A stretch of 64,000 nt of DNA from the IMG/VR virus record IMGVR_UViG_3300029911_000001, positions 124,001 to 188,000 of that record; one strand, given 5' to 3'. Made by a program: the position numbers and the translations under genes. The notes beneath the pieces are model-generated. The model did no database searches. It was not told the origin of the DNA and saw only the letters and a list, made by a program, of their open reading frames with translations. Of the stretch, positions 19,067 through 25,880 are shown in pieces (position 1 is the stretch's first letter; each line of letters begins with the position of its first letter).

Positions 19067-19142
19067 GCGGGGGTAGATTAGCGGCTAAATCATCGCCCTT
19101 ACAAGACGACTATCGTGGGTTCGAGTCCCACCCTCCGCACCA
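19067..19142 (+). tRNA. tRNA-Val(UAC)
   Basis: Cloverleaf, loop CT-TAC-AA, encoded CCA. Confidence 0.9.
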
Positions 19143-19172
19143 AGATTCGCAGTATTAGATGTTCAGATGTAT

Positions 19173-19247
19173 GCGGGATTAGTTCAGTGGTAGAACGCTT
19201 CCTTGCCAAGGAAGAGGTCGAGGGTTCGAATCCCTCATCCCGCTCCA
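19173..19247 (+). tRNA. tRNA-Gly(GCC)
   Basis: CTTCC-TT-GCC-AA-GGAAG; CCA. Confidence 0.95.
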
Positions 19248-19309
19248 AAAGTTTAGAGTCTCAGTGACTCGATGATGTATAGGTATTTGACAATTTAGGT
19301 TTGAATTTT

Positions 19310-19383
19310 GGGGTCGTCGTTCAGTGGGAGGACAACACGCTTGCACCGTGTCAACAGGGGTTCGAATCCCCTCGGCTCCACCA
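19310..19383 (+). tRNA. tRNA-Ala(UGC)
   Basis: ACACG-CT-TGC-AC-CGTGT; G3.U70; CCA. Confidence 0.9.
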
Positions 19384-19391
19384 AAAACGCT

Positions 19392-19652
19392 CTAAATGTG
19401 GTAACGTCCACGTTGCAACGTCCCAGATTTGCAAATTGGGTGCACAAAGGGGATGAAGCCCGTCTTTGCTTGTAGCAACTCGGTGGAATTGTGGTTTTTG
19501 TTATAATTGTTTGAGGAGTGGTTGGTACATTTTCTACACCATGAATTAAGGGTTATAGTAGTACCATTCTTATTCCTTCTGGTACGAACCCCAAAATACT
19601 CCTTTGAGGCGGGATGGTTGGTGTTACATTTAGAACACAGCTTGGATTCCAT
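19392..19652 (-). pseudogene. Antisense Zn-finger ORF, probable HNH-type endonuclease remnant
   Basis: ATG with RBS GGAG; KLCSKC...WCRKC; no complete nuclease domain. Confidence 0.45.
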
Positions 19653-19701
19653 TGCTTCTCCTAAGTTAGCTAATACAATGGAATCCAATAGTTGAAAAGA
19701 T

Positions 19702-20030
19702 TGCACCAGAGACTTCGGACAATCGCGACGTGAGCGCAATACTCACTTCGAGGAAATTCGGGGCATCATAGAACAACCTAGTGGGTAACGCCCACGCAGT
19801 GGAACATCACTGACGACAAGTGCCACAGAGACGAGCCTCTTCAGTGAGGAGTGAAACGCGGTAAACTTCTAGGTGATGCAACTTCAAATAGGCCGACAGG
19901 TGCTGTTCGTACCGTTATGAATCGGCGGGTTGAGGGCTAGAGCGTTGTGGTAACACAACGTCGAGACGAATGATTGTCGAACCACCGAAAGGTGGGGAAC
20001 AGAACCCCGGTTATAGAAGTCTCTGGTGCA
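19702..20030 (+). ncRNA. rnpB: RNase P RNA (bacterial type A-like)
   Basis: 15-bp P1 TGCACCAGAGACTTC/GAAGTCTCTGGTGCA; GAGGAAATTCGGGC (19750), AAGTGCCACAGA (19818), GTGAAACGCGGTAAAC (19851), ACAGAACCCCGGTTA (19999). Confidence 0.92.
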
Positions 20031-20040
20031 GTAAAGTTTT

Positions 20041-20157
20041 GAGTGCTCGTACCTCAGTGAACGCCGATGCGATGTTTGCCATCGGGGCGGTAGAGGACGG
20101 CCTACCCGAGCAGTTAGCGGATGGAAGAAGTCATGGGTTCGAACCCCATCGGCACTC
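20041..20157 (+). ncRNA. tRNA-like RNA with a hairpin inserted in the D-loop and no clear anticodon arm
   Basis: D-stem CCTC/GAGG, T-arm ATGGG-TTCGAAC-CCCAT, acceptor-like GAGTGC/GCACTC. Confidence 0.5.
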
Positions 20158-20271
20158 AAATAAGATGGACGACACCTGTCCAAGGACGTTCCACATGTGA
20201 GTGTGGTGTAGGCAAGCGGATATGCTCCGAAGCTGAGTCCAGTGGTGTGACGCCGGGGAGAGCACCGGGCT

Positions 20272-20345
20272 GCGGGATTAGTGTAGTGGTAACACGTCAT
20301 CCTTCCAAGTTGAAGTCAGGGGTTCAAGTCCCCTATCCCGCTCCA
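20272..20345 (+). tRNA. tRNA-Gly(UCC)
   Basis: Loop CT-TCC-AA; CCA. Confidence 0.92.
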
Positions 20346-20438
20346 AGTTCAAGCCATCCCAATACTGACGCACAAAGGCGGGTACGGTTCTAGGGTAATG
20401 GTGCGGGAGGATAACCTAAACCGCAAGTTTAGATTCAT

Positions 20439-20515
20439 GCACCGATAGCCAAGACGGTAAGGCGACAGATTGCAACCCTGTTAATGCGGGAGTTCGATTC
20501 TCCCTCGGTGCTCCA
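20439..20515 (+). tRNA. tRNA-Cys(GCA)
   Basis: Loop TT-GCA-AC; U73; CCA. Confidence 0.92.
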
Positions 20516-20524
20516 AGTTTCAAA

Positions 20525-20600
20525 GGGCGATTAGCTCAGTTGGGAGAGCGTTTCCATGGCATGGAAAAGGTCAAGGGTTCGAGCCCCTTATTGTCCACCA
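20525..20600 (+). tRNA. tRNA-Ala(GGC)
   Basis: TTTCC-AT-GGC-AT-GGAAA (A32-U38); G3.U70; CCA. Confidence 0.93.
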
Positions 20601-20879
20601 GTTTAGAAGAGGATGGAAAACTGGAAAGTTCCCGGTAACGGTGACACAATCCGGCTCACTGGCTCTCTAAAAGACACTGCACGTCTCTAAATGGCAGCGT
20701 AAGCGGCACGACACGTCCACCAAGTTTGGGGTAGCACTAGCGCACACCGCATATCAGGCGCGTGTCGGCAATAGGCTTGCAGATAGAAGTAAAGCTGCGG
20801 AACACAGTTTGAACTCGTGGTACGGACACAGTTTCGTCGTCAGCCGGTGAGCTAACACCGCTGGTGCCACGCGAAGTTT

Positions 20880-20954
20880 GGTGCTGTATCATAATGCCAA
20901 TGAACTCCCCTGTCGAGGGAGCTTATGAGGGTTGAACTCCCTTCAGCACCGCCA
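20880..20954 (+). tRNA. tRNA-Asp(GUC), atypical D/T loops
   Basis: CTCCC-CT-GTC-GA-GGGAG; G73; D-loop lacks GG; T-loop TTGAACT. Confidence 0.75.
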
Positions 20955-21014
20955 TTTTTTCAACTACAGAACCCTTATATGTAAGTCACTTCTGATACAT
21001 ATAAGGGTTCGATA

Positions 21015-21635
21015 ATGGCTAAAAAGAAAGAGAAAGAAGAAGCAATCAGGTTACGTGTTGAACACCGTCTCTCATTGGAAGTTATTTCTAAACAGTTAGG
21101 TGTATCTCAGAGTAGTTGCTCCTTATGGTTGAGAGGTTACCCTCTATCGGAGCAAGAAAAGAGCACTCGCAAACCCCCCTCTACGAAAGGTATTGCGCGT
21201 AAGATTCGGGGGGATAGGTCAAAGTTTTCTAATGTAGTTGACGGGCAGGAACTTACAAAATCTCGTAAGGGGAGAATAGCTGAATCTGCAATTCTATTTC
21301 GGTTGGCTCTTCATGGTCTGACCCCCTACGGTTCCCCGTTTGATGGTGATAAGACCGATTGGGTAGTAGAGAATGCACAAGGTAGAACTATGAAGGTACA
21401 AGTGAGGTGGGCGCGTGAGGCTAGAAAAGGGCTACCTTTTATCTCACTTCGAATTTCGGATGGGAGGCACAACACTCGTCGGTACACGGAAAATGAATTT
21501 GACTTTATTGTGGCTTACGACCTGTACACAGATACGGCTTATGTATTTAATCAAGAGGATGTAAGGAACAATACCGCACTTATCGCAGTATCAGAGGAGA
21601 GGGCGGAGAAGTGGCAACAGTTACTGGATTTTTGA
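21015..21635 (+). CDS. Free-standing PD-(D/E)XK endonuclease with N-terminal HTH
   Basis: KGRIAE...TDWVVE...KVQVR...FDFIVAY pattern; inserted in the tRNA array. Confidence 0.75.
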   Translation: MAKKKEKEEAIRLRVEHRLSLEVISKQLGVSQSSCSLWLRGYPLSEQEKSTRKPPSTKGIARKIRGDRSKFSNVVDGQELTKSRKGRIAESAILFRLALHGLTPYGSPFDGDKTDWVVENAQGRTMKVQVRWAREARKGLPFISLRISDGRHNTRRYTENEFDFIVAYDLYTDTAYVFNQEDVRNNTALIAVSEERAEKWQQLLDF

Positions 21636-21648
21636 TGAGGAAACAAGT

Positions 21649-21852
21649 ATGTGTCAAGCGTTTACACCGGACATGCGGAACTTCGATGAGAAGCCGTACA
21701 CACCGGATGAGCAGCGAGTAGTCAAGTACCTAGTTGAACTCACCAATGGAACGATTGGCGGCGGTGACGACCCTATCGGGTTCCTCATCGCGAGTCATGC
21801 AACGCTTTCTGACTTGAATGTGAAGCGTTGTCGAGAGGAAGCACATGGTTGA
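21649..21852 (+). CDS. Small hypothetical protein
   Basis: ATG with RBS GAGGA. Confidence 0.55.
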   Translation: MCQAFTPDMRNFDEKPYTPDEQRVVKYLVELTNGTIGGGDDPIGFLIASHATLSDLNVKRCREEAHG

Positions 21853-22009
21853 CTTTGAAGCAAACGGTTGGCGTAAGTTGACAGCAGAAGAGCAGGAAGG
21901 CATTCGTGAGTTTGAGCGAGTGATGAAGGAAGAGACCATACCTGCCATCGTGAAGACTATCCGTCTCCGTCAGGAATTGGCTAATGAATATCGAGGAATT
22001 TTGTACTAA
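21845..22009 (+). CDS. Small hypothetical protein (54 aa), not in the ORF track
   Basis: MVDFEANGWRKLTAEEQEG...; RBS GAGGA; overlaps the previous stop. Confidence 0.55.
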   Translation: MVDFEANGWRKLTAEEQEGIREFERVMKEETIPAIVKTIRLRQELANEYRGILY

Positions 22010-22014
22010 TGTTT

Positions 22015-22091
22015 GGGGATGTAACTCAGTCGGTCAGAGTATTCGCCTGTCGAGCGAAAAGTCGCGGGTTCGAACCCCGTCATCCCCGCCA
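22015..22091 (+). tRNA. tRNA-Asp(GUC)
   Basis: TTCGC-CT-GTC-GA-GCGAA; canonical; CCA. Confidence 0.95.
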
Positions 22092-22096
22092 AGTGT

Positions 22097-22200
22097 GAGA
22101 TGTAGTGTCAAGGTGTGGCGTTTGTATACGAACGTGAGCATCATTAGAACGGGGCCTTGTTGCGGCTCTGGTGTGGGTGAAAATCCCGCCGTCTCCGCCA
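22097..22200 (+). ncRNA. Degenerate tRNA-like unit
   Basis: GAGATG/CGTCTC acceptor-like, ends GCCA; T-like arm GTGGG-TGAAAAT-CCCGC; no 7-nt anticodon loop. Confidence 0.4.
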
Positions 22201-22271
22201 GTTTCAAATGTTGCAGCACGGTTTCAGTGAGTCCTGAAATGGCTGAAGGTTGGAGTAAGCTGATTGAATCT

Positions 22272-22346
22272 ACACCCGTAGCTCAGAGATAGAGCGTCTC
22301 CTTGACGTGGAGAGGGTCGGGGGTTTAATTCCCTCCGGGTGTACCA
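22272..22346 (+). tRNA. tRNA-Val(GAC)
   Basis: TCTCC-TT-GAC-GT-GGAGA; CCA. Confidence 0.92.
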
Positions 22347-22374
22347 AAGCAGGAGAGTTTGAAGTTACCAGAGT

Positions 22375-22432
22375 CGGGATGTAGCTCAGTGGTAGAGCCT
22401 AAAAGTCGCAGGTTCGATTCCTGCCTTTCCTA
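22375..22432 (+). pseudogene. tRNA-like unit lacking the anticodon arm
   Basis: Canonical D arm GCTC-AGTGGTA-GAGC joined by CTAAAAGTC to canonical T arm GCAGG-TTCGATT-CCTGC; weak acceptor stem. Confidence 0.7.
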
Positions 22433-22644
22433 TACGACGCTCTGGTGGACTGAAAGGCGGGAAGCGTATCGTGCTCGTATTCACATTGCGCGTACCGCCC
22501 AAGTTTATTAATGATGAGTTTCAAGTTCGAGAGTTGGAACCAGCAGCGGAACATATAGCAGCCCTCACAGCTATCGCGTGCTAGGTAAGGGCAAGGACGA
22601 AGAGGCAGCATGGAAAGATGCTGTCCGTCGCAAGAAACAGATTT

Positions 22645-22723
22645 GGGGCAAGGGACTGCCGGGGGTGGTCACCTCATTCGCAATGAGGAATTCAGCGGGG
22701 TTCAAGTCCCCGTTGCTCCACCA
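22645..22723 (+). tRNA. tRNA-Ala(CGC), atypical D arm
   Basis: CCTCA-TT-CGC-AA-TGAGG; GGGGCAA/TTGCTCC with G3.U70; CCA. Confidence 0.85.
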
Positions 22724-22731
22724 AAAGTTTC

Positions 22732-22806
22732 GGGGTTATAGCTCAGAGGGAGAGCACCGCATTTGCAATGCGGGGGTCGAGATTTCAAAATTCTCTAACT
22801 CCACCA
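22732..22806 (+). tRNA. tRNA-Ala(UGC), second copy
   Basis: CCGCA-TT-TGC-AA-TGCGG; G3.U70; CCA. Confidence 0.88.
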
Positions 22807-22826
22807 CTTTATTAGTCAAAAGTTTC

Positions 22827-22904
22827 GGGCGGTCTGGAATAAGAGTTTCAGACAGGCTGCACATAGAGGCAGAAGGGTGAGTTCGAATCCCTTCACGTCC
22901 ACCA
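22827..22904 (+). ncRNA. Degenerate tRNA-like unit with Ala-type acceptor end
   Basis: GGGCG/CGTCC-A-CCA (G3.U70); GTTCGAAT in an enlarged T-loop; anticodon unresolved. Confidence 0.45.
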
Positions 22905-22921
22905 ATTTTGAGGTTGATTGA

Positions 22922-23179
22922 ATGAAGTTCACACGTCGTCAGTTCTTCGCAGGGCTCCCGGTATTCATCATGCCGGGGTGGATGAAGGCGATAGCCTCAT
23001 GGTTCCAGCCTGAGGTCGCCGTAGTAAAGGCTCCTCTAATCAAGGGCTCGACCCAACTAAATGATGTCCTGCCAAAGCGTGTGATGGTACCAACGTTCGA
23101 AATAGTTTCGTGTCCGACAATCTTGCTCAAGGAAATCAAGGAGCGTAGGTTCAGGATACAAAGTGGGCCGGTAGCATAA
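22922..23179 (+). CDS. Small protein with twin-arginine-like N-terminus
   Basis: MKFTRRQFFAG; RBS GAGG. Confidence 0.55.
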   Translation: MKFTRRQFFAGLPVFIMPGWMKAIASWFQPEVAVVKAPLIKGSTQLNDVLPKRVMVPTFEIVSCPTILLKEIKERRFRIQSGPVA

Positions 23180-23243
23180 TGGGAATGCACATTCCTTGCG
23201 GCGAGTAACCGCACCCACCCGGCTCCAGTTTGAAAGGAGCTTC

Positions 23244-23426
23244 ATGGCTAAGTACACAGTACGTAACAAGGAAGGGCACCTTCTCGGAAGGACTGATAGC
23301 CCTGAGGTTTTGGTAGAAGAGATTTGCGAAGTATGTGAGAAGCAAGGAATTATTTACCACGTACACCCCGAGTCGGAAGAGCATAAAGGGTCTCCTAGCT
23401 TTCGACCAATGAAGTTTAGCAGATGA
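23244..23426 (+). CDS. Small hypothetical protein
   Basis: ATG with RBS AAGGAG. Confidence 0.55.
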   Translation: MAKYTVRNKEGHLLGRTDSPEVLVEEICEVCEKQGIIYHVHPESEEHKGSPSFRPMKFSR

Positions 23427-23452
23427 AATGGAAAAGCACGAAGGTTAAGTTT

Positions 23453-23527
23453 GGCCCTGTCCTCCAACGGTCAGGAGAGTGGGTTCTCAACCCGACAACA
23501 AGGGTTCAACTCCCTTCAGGGCCACCA
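23453..23527 (+). tRNA. tRNA-Glu(CUC)
   Basis: Loop TT-CTC-AA; GGCCCTG/CAGGGCC; CCA. Confidence 0.88.
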
Positions 23528-23534
23528 GTTTTAT

Positions 23535-23609
23535 GGCGCATTCGTTCATTGGTTAGGACCGGTGTTTTTCAAGCACCAGAAGAGGTTTCGATTACCTCAT
23601 GCGCTACCA
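23535..23609 (+). tRNA. tRNA-Glu(UUC)
   Basis: GGTGT-TT-TTC-AA-GCACC; CCA. Confidence 0.88.
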
Positions 23610-23992
23610 ATTTCGCTGGGAGGTCGGTGTGGACTCAGGCGACTCGCTGCAACCGAGTAGGCGTTGCGGGAGATATGCGAGGGAAAGATTGATCTTCCTG
23701 TCAGAACATCGGCAGTTGAAGTGGGCACCGGGGCTGAAGGGTCATCGCTAGAACAGGGTGGCCCTTCAGCAAAGTCTGCCGACCATTTGATACAATAGCT
23801 GGATGAGACGAGGCTACCAATGAACTGTACTAAGTGTGGTGAATCAGCCCTCGGAGTAGCTCTTGATGGACTACCTTACTGTCATCGCACAGAGTGTATT
23901 TTATGGAAGGTGGAATTGCAACGGTATCGGGATTTGCAAGCTCTCCCTTTTCCAGCACCGCAGCGACCGTTTGCAAAAAGTTTGGTGTTTAA

Positions 23993-24068
23993 GCGGGATT
24001 AGCTCAGTTGGTAGAGCGTTTCCTTCCCAAGGAAAATGTCGCGGGTTCGAGTCCCGCATCCCGCTCCA
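23993..24068 (+). tRNA. tRNA-Gly(CCC)
   Basis: TTTCC-TT-CCC-AA-GGAAA; canonical; CCA. Confidence 0.95.
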
Positions 24069-24086
24069 GTTGTAGTATTATGAGGT

Positions 24087-24794
24087 ATGAGCTTAGCATT
24101 GTACCCCACCGGCCAGCTTAGATTCTGGACGGAACAAGAAATCTCTCTTCGCGATGGTCTCATCCATCGTCTCTTCCATGTTGTGAAAGCTCCGCTTCAG
24201 ACTCTGAACAAGGCGTGGCGTTTCGAACGTGTTGAAGGCCCCCTACTCACTCCTGCCGACTACATCAGCCCAGCCTACACCGAGGATGACCTATGGGTAA
24301 CCAAGGGTCTAATCGCGGCTCAGGGTGTCGCCATGAGAGCGGAGACCACCGCATCCAGTTACATCTACGCCAAGCATCTGATGTCTCAGGAAGGCGGTAG
24401 CAATAAGCTACCTCTCTGCGTGTGGCAGTCAGGCAAGAGCTTCCGCAAGGAAGAGAGCGATGGTGCATCCGCATCCCGGCTCCGCTTCTTCGAGTTCTAT
24501 CAGCTTGAGTTCCAGTGCATCTACAGCAAGACCACCGGAGCCGATTACGTCGCCCCGGTCACATCTCGCGTGATGAAGGAACTTGAACTCATCACGGGGC
24601 ACAAAGCCCGTCTCGTTCGCTCCGACCGTCTCCCCTCTTATAGTGAAGCCACCTTCGATGTTGAAGTAGACTTCAACGGGCACTGGCGTGAGATGTGCAG
24701 CATTTCACAACGCACCGATTTCGAGGGTGCCAAGGTGTTGGAAGTCGCCATCGGTCTCGACCGGCTGGTAGCAGTCATCGGGGGTGGTGTCTAG
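24087..24794 (+). CDS. Minimal class II aaRS catalytic core, alpha2-type GlyRS-like, no anticodon-binding domain
   Basis: MRAETT, QSGKSFRKE, RFFEFYQLEFQ, LPSYS, EMCSISQRTDF, LEVAIGLDRL. Confidence 0.78.
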   Translation: MSLALYPTGQLRFWTEQEISLRDGLIHRLFHVVKAPLQTLNKAWRFERVEGPLLTPADYISPAYTEDDLWVTKGLIAAQGVAMRAETTASSYIYAKHLMSQEGGSNKLPLCVWQSGKSFRKEESDGASASRLRFFEFYQLEFQCIYSKTTGADYVAPVTSRVMKELELITGHKARLVRSDRLPSYSEATFDVEVDFNGHWREMCSISQRTDFEGAKVLEVAIGLDRLVAVIGGGV

Positions 24795-25183
24795 TGCCAA
24801 CCATCGTAGAGATGTTGAAGTACATCGCTGAGGCTCAGCTTATCCATATAGGCAAGGGCCAGCTATCGCGACCGGCCACATACGAAGAGTTGCTTGCGGA
24901 CTACGAGGAGAGTAGTAGCAAGGGTGCCATGAGTAGCTCCCTCACCATCGGCAACGTCATGGGTCTGTACCTGAAGGCCAAGGACAGAGTGGACGGCGGC
25001 GTCAAGACGGTGGTCGGTAAGGTTGACCAGCCCGAAGGCAAGGGTACGCCGTTCCTTGTAGAGGATGAGTTGAAGCTCCGGCCCCGGTCGGTGGCTTCAA
25101 GGCTTACCACTCTCCGTGTTTTCGAGGGCTTGCTCACCGGCAAGGGGACTCCGAGTAACTCTATGCTTGGTGGTGATGATTGA
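24794..25183 (+). CDS. Hypothetical protein
   Basis: GTG overlapping the previous TAG. Confidence 0.6.
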   Translation: MPTIVEMLKYIAEAQLIHIGKGQLSRPATYEELLADYEESSSKGAMSSSLTIGNVMGLYLKAKDRVDGGVKTVVGKVDQPEGKGTPFLVEDELKLRPRSVASRLTTLRVFEGLLTGKGTPSNSMLGGDD

Positions 25184-25346
25184 TATGACGGACGAACAGT
25201 GGGACAGAGCCTATGCTTTATGTGACATGCTTCAAAAAGAGGTCAAAGCCGCCGTCAACGATAAGCTGAAAAGTGAGGATGCGGACGTTGAAGAGTTTGT
25301 GAGACAGAAGCTGACTGAGGACATCCGGTTTTGGAAGGGTTGGTAA
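25176..25346 (+). CDS. Small hypothetical protein
   Basis: Coupled overlap chain. Confidence 0.5.
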   Translation: MIDMTDEQWDRAYALCDMLQKEVKAAVNDKLKSEDADVEEFVRQKLTEDIRFWKGW

Positions 25347-25549
25347 TGAAACACTTGAAAGCTAACTGGAGTCTGAGGACAGATGGTCGTACTGTGTCCG
25401 ATGACCTAGAAGACTTCCGCAACTCGGAAGCGGGAAAGAAATTTAAGGAACAGCTTCGGCTAGAAATCTTGGGTATTACAGACCATGGCGACGAAAACTT
25501 TTACACTAAGGGACATGCTGGACATCCGGGACATCAACCTCCCGATTAA
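25346..25549 (+). CDS. Small hypothetical protein
   Basis: TAATG coupling. Confidence 0.45.
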   Translation: MKHLKANWSLRTDGRTVSDDLEDFRNSEAGKKFKEQLRLEILGITDHGDENFYTKGHAGHPGHQPPD

Positions 25550-25880
25550 GAAGTCCTACACGCTTGAGGAGATGCTGAAGGCCCTCAAGTTCCGCCACCC
25601 CATCAAAGACTCGTACACGTTGCCGGAGCTAGTCTCCTCCAAGCCTAACCTCAGTGCAGGGGGTAGCTTTGGCTCCGCGTGCATGATTTATGACCCCGGC
25701 TTCTACGCCAAGGACATACGGAGAGTCAACCGTCTCCTCGCCAAGAAGAACATGTGTCTGGTGGTTCCTAAGTCTGGCTGGGCTAAGGTCGTCCGTATTG
25801 ATGACACCAAGGAACTGCCCGACGACTACTTCGAGTATGCAGAGAATCTTATCGGGGAGTGTTTCTGTAAGTCACGATGA
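25485..25880 (+). CDS. Hypothetical protein with three short N-terminal repeats
   Basis: KTFTLRDML / KSYTLEEML / DSYTLPELV. Confidence 0.65.
   Translation: MATKTFTLRDMLDIRDINLPIKKSYTLEEMLKALKFRHPIKDSYTLPELVSSKPNLSAGGSFGSACMIYDPGFYAKDIRRVNRLLAKKNMCLVVPKSGWAKVVRIDDTKELPDDYFEYAENLIGECFCKSR

Noticed and set aside
22578-24075. ORF-track calls overlapping tRNAs (for example 21984, 22578, 23423, 23451, 23863)
   Set aside because: They are incidental frames across tRNA genes.
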